64,000 bases of DNA, from contig JBITNC010000002.1 of the NCBI GenBank assembly GCA_050084985.1, forward strand, positions 17,298,001 to 17,362,000. Reading direction: 5' to 3'. Made by a program: the position numbers and the translations under genes. Each line of letters begins with the position of its first letter. Position 1 is the first letter of the stretch. Source of the stretch: Nageia nagi (Eukaryota > Plantae > Pinophyta). The notes beneath the pieces are model-generated. The model was not told the DNA's origin. It saw nothing but the letters and a program-made list of their open reading frames with translations, and made no database searches. This document shows positions 13,856-28,800 of the stretch, one piece after another.

Positions 13856-16800
13856 GTAAGTGTTCTGATTTCAAAACTTCCCTTACATTTGAGTAAAATG
13901 AAGGACCACATATTTATTTTGTTTTCATTGTCTGTACATCTCTTTCTTTTATTTCAATGAAACTGTTTTTCCCAAAAATTGTACAATACATAACAGGGAA
14001 CAAATGCTGCATATGCAATTTGTTGGCTTCTTGGGGTTGGATGCCTTTTCCCCTTGAATAGTATGCTAACAATTGAAGATTACTATCAATACGTATTTCC
14101 TGTAAGTACAGCAATTTTCATTTTTCATCTCTTTCATGCTTTCAATTTTTCATATTTTATTTATTTCTGCTTCTTAGTTAATATCAAGTTGCAATGGCCT
14201 AATTTTATCCATCTTTGTCACTGAGCAATAGGATTATTATAGAAGGCAACCGTTATCATAAAGATGGTGTGCTAAGCATGTTTAGTAAGAGATTATTTTT
14301 TATCTTAATTTATTGATATGAAATTAGGATTACACTGATATTTTCAAATGAATAGCTTAGAGTGTGAAAATGTAAGCAATACAACCTTACAACTCATAAT
14401 AATATCATGAAGAGGAAAGAGGAAATTATCATGAAGAGGAAAGAGGAAAGGGGTTCAAATTACAAAATTTGTAATGACTCATGAAAAATACAATGCTTCA
14501 ATAGTTTGCAATTCCTCTGCCCTTTTCCCTAGAATGAGCTTTAATCTTCCTTTGTGCCTATGTGGATTGTCAAGCCTTGTATTAACTCCAAGCAAAAAGT
14601 TGTGTCCCACATCCAAAGCATGAATATATACATCAAACATTTGACTCTTTGGTTTTACCTTCAAGGGTGGCCTTTCAACTTCACATAGACTTTTCTTATT
14701 CACTTTGCTATGATTCCTAGAATTCCTCTAATTTAGACATCTGAATTTACTATATTTAGATTATAGTACTAATATATTACAAAGACCATAATACTTAAGG
14801 ATTAGGTTTCTAACAATCCCCCCCATAATCCAAAGGGGTATTTGTAAATCGAAACATCTTTCTGAACTTTTCAAACTTTTCTCGTCCAAGCGTCTTTGTG
14901 AATATATTTGCAGTTTATTCATCCATGGAACAATGTTTTAACTGAATTGTCTTGACTCTACATAATGTCAAATCAAATGGTATTTTGCATTGATGTACTT
15001 TGTTTGATCATGGAATGTAGGATTCTTGGCCAAGTTTATTGCAAAAGTATTATCAATTAGTAGTGGAGTTTGATGCACTTGTTTCTCGTACAAATCTTCA
15101 ATATATTCTTGAACCACACAATTTCCTTTGTTGCCTTTGTAGCAGCCATATACTCTACCTTTGTATTGGAATCTACTAAAAATGATTGCTTTTGTGACCT
15201 CCAAGAGATAGTTGTTGTTTGAAGACTCATGAGATAGCCTAAAGTAAAAACTCCATTTTCCTTGTCTCCATCAAAGTCTGAATTTGAATATCCAAGCAAT
15301 TTGAAGTCTTCCACCTTGGAATATTTGAGCCCAAAATCTTGAGTTCCTTTCAAATGCTTAAGGACTCTCTTTGTCTCTACCTAATATCCTTCACACTATT
15401 TTTGCATAAATCAAGAAAGGATTCCAATCGCAAATGAAATATTTGGTCTCGTTGTGGTTAAATAAATGAGACTTCCCACAAGTTGTCTATATTTAGTAGC
15501 ATCCTCAAATTGATTTCCTTCAATTGATTTGAATTTCAAATTTCATTTGGTTTGAGTAGAAATAGGATTACCATCTACCACAAAAAATCTATTCAACAAC
15601 TCTCGAATGTACTTTCTTTCGAAGATGAATATGTAACTTGATGTTTGTGTCACTTCAACACTCAAATAGTAGTGAAGATGTCCCATATTTTTTATTTCAA
15701 AACCTTTCTTCATACTTATTTCATAGATGCAATGTACCCTTCATTATTCTTTATTATCTAAAGATCATCTACATACACCACAAGATATACAACAATATTG
15801 CCAACTTTATTGATAAATAATGTTGCATCATCAAGATGAAAGTGCTTGAAATTAATCTTCAAACGATGCTCGTTATGTTTTTCATACCATGCGCGAGGTG
15901 CTTTCTTTAGGCCATACAATGACTTGATGAGTTGGCATACCTTATGTTCTTGTCCCTTTACAACAAATACTTCTAGTTGTGCCATATACACACTATCTTT
16001 CAAATCACCATTCAAGAATGCGATCTTCACATCCATTTGATAAACTTTCCATTCATATTGAGTTGACATATGAGAGAATTGAACTATAACAAGAACAACT
16101 CTAAACTCCCAAGATCACATGAAAGCTCACAATACACATCTAATAAACTCACAAAGCAATCTCACAAAGATAACACAAAATGTAAGTGGTTTCTCCAACT
16201 AGGAGTACATCGACTAATTAGATCTCTCTTCTTAACAAATATGAACTCTTACAATCCTCCTACACTTTTCTCCTAAACACTATCTTATAGTATAATTTTA
16301 CTCCACAAATTGGTGTATGATCCAAAGAGGGAGGCTTCTATTTATAGGCCAAAATCCCTCCTAATGTACAAAAGCATAACATGCACATCCTTTTACCTAA
16401 GGGGCATGCTCATGACATGGAGTGTGAGACAAGTTACGTTATCATATTCACTTAAATATTTAAGGTATCAAATGATACCCTTAAGTATTAGTGAACTTAC
16501 ATAGAAGATTATTATAAAACCTTTACAATAATGCATTATACATTCGAACATTCCCTTTTAATGCAATATTGGGATAGAGCGAATAAGAAAGAAGAAAGAG
16601 AGAAAGTAAGAAAGTTCTCCTCCAAACAGATACAACGGAGATGAAAACTTTTTATATATTTGTGAAGTAAGAAAGATCTAGTTTGAGACTCACTACTTTG
16701 TCAAATACAATCATTAACTACAACCAATTTCAATATACATGAAGTAGTCATCCAACTGGAATTCATGAAGAGTCTCTAAGAGCTTGCATACCTGAAGTAA

Positions 16801-19800
16801 GTAACCTGCAATCTCAAAGGAACTTGTAGGTCATAAGCAGCTCAAATAACAAGATCAATTAGATGCAACATATTCATATCAACAAGGATATATGAATCAT
16901 TCAAATGCCATTATGAACTGATCAATGGTGCACTATAAATCATCACAAAGATGCCAAGCCAAAACTCATAGTCACCTGCTGTATATAAAATATGTGTTGA
17001 TTATCATTACAAAATAGAGCATGCACATACGAGTTCCTCACATATGGATAACTGAATAGTGCCAAAAGACACATAAGAGTTCGTCACACATGGATAACTG
17101 AACAGTGCTAGATTGGCCAATCTTTTTGCTTTAAAAATTTGTACAAGTTCCTCATGTAAAGCGAACTTACCACGAAGGTGTACAACAAAATCAACAATAT
17201 ACAACACAAAATCCTCCTAGGGGTGAAGTCATCACAAACATGAATTCAACACAAGAATTCAAACTTTACTCCCCCTTGAAGGCAACTTCACCAACCCGAT
17301 AGCATCCGTAAGCTTACAGAATTGATCCTCCGAGAGGGCTTGGTGAACAAATCAGCAGAGTTCAAGGTGGATGGACAATACTCCAGGTGTATGATGCCAT
17401 CAAGAACCTTTTCCTTGATAAAATGGGCATGGATTTCCACATGTTTTGTTCTCTGATGGAACACAGGATTCTTAGCCAAAGAATGAATATTACTTGAGCT
17501 TTGCTATTTGTTGCTAAGTTTGATGAATGAATATTACTTCTTAAAGAATCCGAAGAGTGAATTGTCTAGACCATGCATCACTGGTGAATAGTTTCCTTTG
17601 CTCATTCTATTCAAGTTCTAGCATTATCCTCACATTTGTGATCTTTCTTTGCTTTCATTCACTCTGTTTATGACCCAAGTCATTGTGGAGCCTACATTGT
17701 AAAAGGTTAATAGTTCTCATCTCTCACCACTTGAGCAATCCCCTTTCCAGACATGAGAAACCTTGGGGTAGTCAGTCCTTTCAAGTGGAAGTAGGTAACG
17801 CTGCTTCACCTAATTGAGTTGGTTTGCTTTGGAGGAAAGAAAAACATACCAACAGGCTGGAAAGCAACTCTCTAGTGGAGGTGGATTACCACTATTGAAA
17901 ACTACCCTTCAAATCCAATCATTTTACACCATTTCCTTATTTAATATGCCAAACAAAGTGGAAAATAATATTGCGACCATCCAAAAAAAATTTCTAAGGA
18001 ACAGAGGAAAAAAAAAAAACTCTTATTGTGAAAGATCTATTATGCAAACCAATCTTAACAGGAGGCGTTGAAATAAGAAAGATGTCCTTTATGAATAAGG
18101 CTCATGGTATACAAGTTTTTCGGAGGGCATATAGTTTCAAATTTTCAATGAACAGAAACGGAGCATAATTTTATAGAAAAAATATATGAAGAATAAACTT
18201 GATGTTTTCTTTAGACACAACTCCTTCACATACGGTTTGGCCATATAGAAATTTCTTCTATCTTGCATATATTAATTGATAAAATTTGAAACGACTACCA
18301 GGAAAAGTGGACTGGGCACTCTTCTGAACAAGTAACAACCATTTATAAAATCTTTCACGGGTTTCTCTCTCATATATGTCTACAAATCAACTAATTGCAT
18401 TGCAGATGCCTTATAAATTATGCTATTGATCATGCAAATGAGAATGATGATACTATACAGGAAAGCAATGCTTTGGGGTGTGGGCAAGAAATACTTGCTT
18501 TCATGCAAAACCATGCAAACTTCACTACTTGAAATGAGCAGGTGGATGATATATCTAACAACTAAGATGCATAACACTTTTTTCGGCTTCAGGCTAATAT
18601 AGTGACCCTATTTTCAATTTTGTTTTGATTATTCACTCGAATATATTTGGATATGTCCTTGTCAAGGTCATGCGATCTTTCACGCTGAGTAATATAACGC
18701 TTTTTTACCTGTCTTTCAAAAAATTATTATCTAATTTTTGTTCATACATTTATACTACAACATTTAACGAGGTCCATAACACAATGCACATTTAATGAGG
18801 TTCATACATTTATACTATAACATTTAATGAGGTTGATGAAGCATTAGCTAGATCTAGATTTTTAGTTGAGTTGTGTTATACTATGTTTCCATGACAAAGA
18901 AACATACTGCATGAGGACAAACATAAGAAATCACATTTCAAGATCACTTGCCAATGTAAACAATATATTGTTGCAGTTTAGTTTGTCTTTTTCAGGAGAT
19001 AAAAGAAAGAGGATCTAGACAAAGTGCATTAGGGATCTCTTATAGGCCTAATAACTTCAATCATTTGTTTTTTTTGTATTGCAAAGGATTCAATAAAGCC
19101 AATAGGATCTTTATGGCTTTATAAGAGACTTCTTGGCGGTATCTAGGAGTCTATATGGTGATCAAAGATGGGGAATAGTAGTCTAATTGATTAAATTTAT
19201 TGCAGTGTGCAAATGAAGATGAGAATTTAAATTGTGTATATTTCCTTCATAGAAACTCATGGAACCTTTTTCTTTTTGTACAGGACTACCATCCTTCAAG
19301 AGTGTTGACATTAGTGTACCAGCCTTTTGGGTTGATAACACTTGCTATACTCTCATACTATGAAGCTACCATTAATACTCGAAGGCGCATCCTATTAGGC
19401 TATGTTCTTTTCTTTTTAAGTACATTCACCGTCTTAGTTGTGAGTATCATGACATGACTTAAGGATTCATTTGAGACATGTTTCAGTCCTCACATCAGCT
19501 GTAGAACAAGCTTTCAGTATCACATCTTGAAAAAGACTGAAAAAGATGAAGAGACTGCTAAAAAAGAGGATTAGAAAGAAATACATTCAGGCATTCAAGA
19601 TTTTAAAGTTCTGTGTACCTTTCTTAATTGTTAAAATCAAACAGGAGAGCGTAATGTTCTTGAACTGTAATTTGTTTTTTTCAACAGCTGGACCTTGCAA
19701 CACATGGGAACGGAGGGTTGGGAACGTTTATTGGAATATGTGCAATAAGTGCACTTTTTGGTATTGCAGATGCCTATGTCCAAGGAGGAATATTTGGAGA

Positions 19801-22800
19801 CTTATCTTTCATGGATCCTGACTTTATTCAGGTTAGACACTCCAAAAACAAGTTTCTAATTTTTGGTTTGCATGTATAAGATCATCATACTAGCATATAT
19901 TTTCAAGGTATTCACAATCTTAGTTTTCCAATTGCAGTCTTTCACAGCAGGATTAGGAGCATCAGGAGCTGTTATATCTGCATTGAGATTTGTCACAAAG
20001 TCAGCCCTTGGAAACTCACAAAATGGACTTCGGAAAGGAGCTTGTAAGTTGTTGTACCATTATTGCTATGATACCTATCAAGTAGAATTAGAATCAGATA
20101 ATGTTGTTCCTTCATAAATATGAGAAAACTGAACAAATTTAACTGGGATTATCACTACTTTCAAGCGTGGATTGTAGGTAAGGTTCCCTTCTCCATTTAT
20201 TACTTGTATGATGTTGCATGCATCTCACAACAATTTAATAATTATCCAATCCATTAGAATTACTGGATGGTGGGTGTGATCTAAAACTCCATATAAAGTC
20301 ATTTTCTCCATTAGTTTGATCTTTATTATAGGAATCTTTCTGTTTTGCTTCTTTTAGAGCTTTCTTCTGCCCTCCAATATATTTTATAAATAATATCTGA
20401 AGATTCATCCAAATCTAATCAGTTCTAAAGCAGTGAAGATAAGAAGTATGGTAAGAGTTTTGTTGGAATACGTAATATATTATTTGGGTATGATTAAAGT
20501 TCTTATTGATACTTTGTATAGTAGAAACAAATGTAAATTTTTAGATACCCAACTATGTGGAGGAATATTATCCACTTATATAAATGTATCATCAATTGTG
20601 TAAAAGCATGGTTGGGCAATAACCATCATGTAATATGAGCTGCACTCTTTATAAATACAATCCATGGGATTGTATCAGATATACACTCTAAAAAACACCA
20701 GTAGTGACTATTGAATGTAGTTATGAGTATACTCCATGAGTAGAGGTTTAGAGTAAACTAGAGTAAGCAATAGTTGTATCATCAACATGAGTAATTGGTG
20801 AACATGGAAGAGAGAGTTATCAGCTATTGTAACTATTCACTATTGAAAACAATATACTCATTGAATTCAAGTGGATGTTTCTTCTTTATAGCTGTAAAGA
20901 TGTTTTACCACTATAAATACTTGTGTCAACATTGTGAGATTGTTGTTGTAGTTTTTTATCCAGAGTTAGTTTATTTTGCAAAAAGAGTTTTGGGTGCGTA
21001 CTACTGTAGTGACCTTCTTCTCTTGTTTGAAAGATCCTTAAGTATAGCATCAATCTCCCATTGGCCTCTCCATTTTCCTCTTTCTAACATTAAGTCGACC
21101 TAAAATGATTAATATATTGTCAAGATCACAACTTTTTCTGTCTTTCACATAGATGCTTCAAAACAAGAATCTTATAAAGTAACTTATCTTCATATCCTGT
21201 ACTTATAATACAAAGCAAGCATGGAAACGAACAATTCCAATTCAAACTAGAAAGAAATCTTTGTGACAAACTCTACCTCTTTTAAATTTTAATAGCTCTG
21301 ATTCTGTATTATGACTACCAAATGCTCAATTAGAAGCAAGTCAAGTGCATAAGCAATTCATTCAAATAAAAATGACATCTAAGAGAAAGAACCTAGGATT
21401 ATTCCAGCTAACCTAGTATAATTCTTGTGTGATTCTTATATCAACTTCAAGAAGAAAGAGAAAACACAAATGTACTGTCTTAACTAGGTGCCAACAAGTG
21501 TATTCTAACCCAATCCTCATAATGCCATTTAAGTAGTGATCTTATATGAAGGTTGAAATAACAGGGGAAACTAGAAATAGCTTTTGTCTTGAAATAGAAA
21601 CACAAAGATCTTCTTAAGCTTTGAAGATTAAATTAACAAACTTGAAAGATTTTACTATTGAGATTTGATAATGTAACAGTACCAACTTTTAACTTGACAA
21701 TACAAAATCCTAAGAAATCCTTGTTTTAGAAGAGTTAGCATGCTCAGGTAGCACCTAAATGCATACCCAAGAAAGAGGCAACCTTTCAGCTAACAAATAA
21801 AAGAACTATGGCCATCACAAACCTTCCTAGGAGAATCCACTCTATGGTTAGGATCATTTGTATTCCTTGACATTTGACATCAATATTCTCCAATAGCTCA
21901 CATATGGCTCCAAAATTATGCCACGACGCTATTGGTGCATGAGGATTTTTCTTAGAACCTCTAATTTTAATAGAGAATTGCTGGCATAGTCAATCAATTT
22001 TGGGTTCCATGCCTTCAAAGGGCACAAATCTTATTCATACCAACTTTAGTTGGATTTCACCACTACCCATACGCTAATAATGTTCTATATGCATGCCCTA
22101 GATTTGTTTAATTGTAACATTATGCCATCTATAGACACAAAAATAAGACAATATATTAAATATGCATATTTATTTGTCTACGGAATGAAAATAGATTAAT
22201 AGCAATATGCAATACATGATAGTTTGGGTTGCCAATCAGTAGCCTATGATGCATTGCCACTTTATATATCAGGTTAGATGTCTGCTTCCTCGTGGCATTT
22301 ATTCCCGTTTCTTCTGCAACGAATTGGGCCACTTGGAGAGAAAGTTCGTACCTATCTTGTTATACTTGTGATTGTTCAGTGCTGACCTTCAACTCCCAGG
22401 GCTTTAGAGGCTTCTTTCCTTTTGAAACAGTTCTACTGACGGACATTGTATTCTCTTGAGGGGTAACAAAGGTTTCCTTGCACCTTACTTTTTAAATTTT
22501 GTTTTTGGCCTTTTTTTCATTTCTTTGCTGCACGACTTTGGCATAGGCGACACAATCACAGAAACTTGGATCCATCCACGTCGAGGTAGTGAATTGCCAT
22601 GATGAGGCCTTCAACTCTTTCAAACTTACTCCAGCCCTTATTGTCTTATCTTGCACTTCGTTCTCACCCATACTTTCTGCCTTCGAAGAACTCGTCTTTG
22701 AGGAACTTCAATCTTGCTTCTTTACTTATTCCAAAAAGATTTGTGCATTGGTTTGTAAATGATCATTTCAAGTCTCCCCTTTATAGATTTTACTTGGAAT

Positions 22801-25800
22801 AAATGTCATTTTGCATGAAAACAGGTGTCGCTTCATCAAGGTACAAATTTCATTTCCTGCTTGGGGAATGGATAGACCCAATTGTAGGTCTTGGTTATGG
22901 CATATGGAACAGGTGCACCTTTGGAAGTTCTTGTGATAGATGAAGTTTTCTTTCGTCAAGATTTTATAACAACATTAATAGACACTCCTGGAGCTGCTAA
23001 TGTTCAAAGTTGATCTTCTTGGGTAGTGTCTTCTTTTTTCCTCCATAGGTTGCATTTCTCTTGGTGTCTGAGGTGTATTTTCTATATCTCCATCTTTTGA
23101 GTGCAGACTTCTAGATCTTGTGATTCCTGAAGGTGTAATTTTCCTCTTACTGTCCTTTAGCTCTATTCCTGCCTTGACTGAACTCATCTTTGGTCAGTAA
23201 GAACACCTTGGACCTGCAAAATTTTGAAATGGTACACCTCCGGACTGGATGTGATGTTTGGGCTGCAAATAAAGTGCTTTTCTAGGCCCACATTTAAAGT
23301 TGCACTTTGGGATATTTGGTTATATCAACTCCAGAGAAGATAGAAATACGACTTTCTTAAAAAATGCAATCATCTCTCCCAACACTTGGGCAATCCTTGA
23401 TGAAGATTTCCCAGTTGCTCTTCAAACTCCTTTTCTATGCCTCTTTTTGGCTTTGCCACTTGTCACTCAACCATTCAGTAAAGATGGCAACCCAACTGTA
23501 GTGTTTTTGGACTTGTAGAACTAGGCTGCTCAGTTTTCCTGACTTGCACTTTGCATCTCCTTGAAACTGTGTGCCTTAGGTATCATCTGCAAATGGTGCG
23601 ACCTCTTTGAAATTTGTACAAGTATGAACACCCTTCTTCTAAGCCTCTTTTGGTTTTGCCACTTTTTGACTAACAAAGTAAGATATCTTCAAGTTTAGGG
23701 GTTACTTTCACTAGGGCGCATGTTTTCCTGCTCTAGCACTTGGCATCTTCTCAAAAGCATGCAACCTGATTGGAACTTGGTTTTTCCTTTCTTAAAATGA
23801 GACTTTTTTCTTCTTTTATATCCCCATAATGACACTTGTCAACTGTTGGCTTATTACCTTCAAACTTGATGGGCTCATGGTTTTCTCTATGCCTTGGTTG
23901 CTCAGTTTTGCTGGTCTGCTCTTTGCATCTAACCAAAATCATGCAACATATTCTAGACTTGAATTTTTTTCCATAAAATGAAACCTTTCACCCTTTTATA
24001 GCCTTCTGATGACACTTAGCAACAAATGATAGGTTGAATTTGCCCTTTTAACTAGGTCACTTAGTTTGGGCATCATGCTGTTTGCATCTCAGGGAAATCA
24101 TGCGACCTCTATGAGACTTGAAATTTTTTCTTCCAATGAAGTCTTATTTCTCTTTTTATAACCCTCCATTGACACTTGGAATTAAATCATAGGCTGAAAC
24201 TGTCTTTACGACTAGGTCTCATGGTTTGAGCATTATGCCTAGGTCGTATGATTTTAGGGACTTGCCTCTTGCATCTATGTGAAAACATGCGACCTCTTCA
24301 AAACTCAAAATGTTTTTGGCTCAAAATGAAGTTTGAAGTCCTTTTATAGCTTTTCAATGATACTTAACATGAAATCATAGGCTAACCTTCTTCAAGACAA
24401 GGTCGTATGGTTTGAGGCTGATGCATTTTGCATGAAGGTGAAACTGTGCGACCTAATATATACTTGGAATTTTTTCTTGATATGGAGCCTTATAATCCTT
24501 TTATAACCTTCCATGACATGTGTTAACAAACCACAAGCTAAATTTGTCCTTTTGATTAGGTTGCATGGTTTGAAGAAGATGCCTTGGTTGCATGCTTTTG
24601 ACAACTTGCTTCTTGCATCATGGTGAAAACATGCAACCTCTATTAGACTTGGAAATTTTTTCATAAATTGAAGTCTTTTCCCCTTTTATAGCTTTTTGAT
24701 ACCATTGGACAACAAATCATAGGTTAAATCTCCCCTTTTAACTAGGTCGCATGGTTTGAAGAAGATGCATTGGCCACATGGTTTGGACAACTTGTTTCTT
24801 GCATCATGGTGAAAACATGCAATCTCTACTAGACTTAAAAAATTTCTTTCAAATGAGGTTGCATTCTCCCTTTTACAGCTTTTCATTGACACGTGTCCTC
24901 CATTTGTTTGCTAAAACCTCCTTTATAATTAGGTTGCATGGTTTGAGGGACATGACTAGGTCGCATGGTTTGGGGAATATGCTTTTCACATTATGGTGAA
25001 AACATGTGACCTCAAAACTCAAAAAATTTGCAAGGATAAGAACATTATGCTCTTTTTAACCCTTTTGAATGACAATGGGCATCAATTTACTAGCCTCGAT
25101 CTAGATGAAGTCAAGATTTAGGGAGTTTGGTAAGGTTGCTTACTTTTGAGAACTTGCTTCCAGCATAAGCCTGAAATCATGCAACCTAAGGCAAAAGGGT
25201 GAAAACATGCGACCTTGCCAGAAACTTAGAATTTTCTAGAAATTTCAACTCAATGTTGAAGATCTTGCCTTTCAAACCTTCATTCTCTTGGAACTTCATC
25301 CTTCTGAATCTTCATTTGTCATCTCTACTGAAGATGCAACTTCTCTTTTGTGAAAGTAGGGTCCTCAAATTTTGCATAAATTAGGGGCATGTTGTGCAGG
25401 CACAACAAGCTCTTGCTGAATTATATAAAGATTTGCCAATGTAGTTGGTTTCTTGGTGTTATATCTATATTGATTGATAAATGAGTAAACTAATTCTTCA
25501 AAATTGTGGAGAGATCTAAGAGTGAGTTTGTAAAACTAATTGAATGCTTCATTTTTCAGACTCATAAGGAAGAATTTGGCCATTAACTTATCATCATTGT
25601 GAAATTTCACATTACTTTCTTCTAGAATTAGTAATAGATGTTGCCTTGGATCTCCTTCTTCACTAAACATTTCAAATGTTGAAGATTTATAAATTTTAAA
25701 CGTCTATAGAGAGGACTTTGGCTGAGAGTTTTGTAGAAATAATGTAGATCGCCTTTAAGTTCCATAGATCTTATTCAGCCTTGGTTTAGTCTAATATTTT

Positions 25801-28800
25801 TCTCAATTTTGTTGTTTATGAATCTAGGCATGCCCTAGGAGTTGGTAGAGTTGGACCTTGAACATTTTATGAATTCTAATTGTGTTCCAAGGAAAGTTGG
25901 TATTCGTCTTCCATACTACTAGTTTTGAAACATTGTTCAACCAAAGTTAGATGAGATGATAAAGCAATGATGCCTTAAGGTTAAATCTATTTTTTCACAA
26001 GGTTTTGGGTCAAGTAGACTATTTTGAATCTTAGATGATTTTTAGAAGTGTTTTTGTAAAATATCATATTTACAAAAAACCTGACATTTGGAAAGTTTCA
26101 GGGTGGTTAGGGTTCATTTTATATATATATATAATCACGCCTTGATTTCATCATTAAAGCCCTAGACCGATAAAAAACCTCCTAGTATTGTAATATCACT
26201 ACTACTATGCCAAACGGTTACCATCCAACATAACATAGGCCTTCCAAAGGCATAATACTTAACAGATTCCTTTCCTATCCAAAACAAACATCAACAACAG
26301 ACTAAAGTTTAAACATCCAACTCCTCACAGACGAACTGTTGGAGCTTGTCCACCTAAGCGATGATACTGTTAAGTTCTGCTATTAGTGTGCCCCATAACG
26401 ACCCTATCTCCTTGAGCAAAACACCTCTACTCACTTGGACCTTCTTCAGCGAACTTCTGGCCATACCTCCTACCGTTGAGGAAGGGGGAGTAACCTCCTG
26501 AGAATCATCCTACTCCTCTTTAGTGGCCACTTTGCTTTTGCGTAATGAGCTACGTCATCCTCCTTCGACCTCCTTCGCACTCTTACGCTTACGTTTGCCT
26601 CCCGACACAACCATCTCATAACCACCTTTCTCCTCCTGCTTCAGAATAGGCATGAAATCATTTGGGTCCCCCATCCAACCCTGTTTCTTTGCCATATGTT
26701 TGGCCATGACCAGGAACAATCCTTGGTGCAAAGCAAATTTAGTTCTTCCTTTCTGGAATTCCTCTACAGCCTTCTCCATTTCCTTAAATAAGAAGTAAGG
26801 TACATTAACCCTCTTCTTCCAGCGCATATGATTCAGGATGGCAAGATGATATCCTCTTACCCAAGTCATTTGGGTATCCAACGTAATGGAATTCATGATA
26901 GTGCCTGCTACTTTCTGCTAGGGTTGAGGTAATCCCTCTCTCAAGATGTACTTCCCATCCCACCCTATATTCTCATTGGTGGTGAAGAAGTCCAATTTGG
27001 TCTATTGAGGTGTTTGTTCTTCTGAATTTTCAGTCTGTCATCCGAAAGACCCAAAATCTCCGCCAACACTACCGATGAAATCTCAAACATGAACATACCC
27101 ACTGTCACACAACCTTCCACCCAACTACTTGACATTTGGTGGCACATTGCTACATCATAACCTTCGAAAAGGTCCAGGAAGCTCCAATATCCTTCATTCT
27201 TCAACCCTCTTGCACAACGTCGCTAACCAAGAGCTTAGACGGTTTTGGATGTAAATCCTTATGCCTCCCATCAGAGCCTCCTACTCTACCTTCCACCATT
27301 AGCACTAAAACTCTTTGCATATGATCTCAAAACCCTTCCTCCACAACAGCTAAAGTCCCTCTCCAAATTGGCGTTCTTAAAGCCTTGAGCCAGTCCCTCC
27401 ACCCCTCAGATGTCCAATCCTCTCTTGAGCATGCTTCATGATCCGGATCGGCTTCCAACACATTCCCTTCCCTTGTGTGAGCCATCTTGGGAAATGATTT
27501 CCCACGTACTCCCCAGACTACAAGGCTTGGCTTACACATGATGCGAGGTGACATGACCCTCTCACTCGTGCTCCTCGACCACATCAACCAAGCCCCATGA
27601 CGTTCAGTGATTATTTCCTTCCACCTCCAGTAGATATTCAATGTTTTGCCATAGGTGGTTAGGGCTCATTGGATTTAAGAAACATATTGACAAAACCGAG
27701 GGTTTGGGACAAAAATGTTTTAAGCATTTGGATTCACCAAGAACATAGGGTTTTTAGTGGGAAGAATACAAAATGTAAGGTATCCTCTTTGTAGACACAA
27801 AAAAAAAGACAATATATTAAAACATGCATATTTACTTGTCTATGGAATGAAAATGAATTAAAAGAAACATGTAGATGATCTAACAATTAGGACCATGCAA
27901 ATTCACAAATGGAGATGCTTGGAAAACTTATCTGCAAGGTGGAGGATTTGAGGCTTGCTTCTATGGTAGATGATCGATGATAGATGCTTGCTTCTATTAA
28001 TCTTGATTAATCATGATATCTAAAATGAGCACTTGGGGCTGCTTTATGTAAGTTTGACAAATTTGATTTTGAATCCGCTTAGGGTCGACCAATCTGTGTG
28101 ATGTTCCCAAATAGGGCTCATCCAAAAATGCTCAAATAATTTTGCAATTAATTTCTAAAATTCCAAGAAATTTCAAGTAACTCAATTGTGCCCAAATCAT
28201 GCACTATATCTTATTCCAAAAATAGGATGAATCTCTTCAATGCTTAATAAATTACTCAAAGTGCACCAAAATCACTCCAAAAATAGGACGAACCATTTAA
28301 GGACAATGAATTACTCAAGAATAACATCAAAATGGGCATGCATCTAGCATCCAAGCATGAGATCTCACTAATATACTCAATATTTTCCAAGAAGCATGCG
28401 TTCAATCTCCAGGCACTAGATCTCGTTTATACACAGTAAATGATGCCACAAAATTATATATTAAGTGCCAAATGATCAAAATGAGCCAAAGGAAGTTGTA
28501 TAAGCCTCAATTATGATGCTCTAGAGTGAGACGTCTCAACTCAAGAACCCTCGAAGATGCCTCAAACTGACTCCAAGAGGTGGACGACCCAATGGGAAGC
28601 TAAAGAGGTGTTGTGAAGCACCAAGAATGACCTCCTAGATGCGATGCCCAAGCAAGATGGCTCTCCTCAACAAATCTGGAAATGCAAACGAACTCGAGAA
28701 CCCACAATGATGATGCATCCTCTTCAAGAAGATTGAAATGGGTAACCAGGACCCCCACAAACGACCTCCTCCAAGCTGGACGAACCTCAGCAATGGCAGA

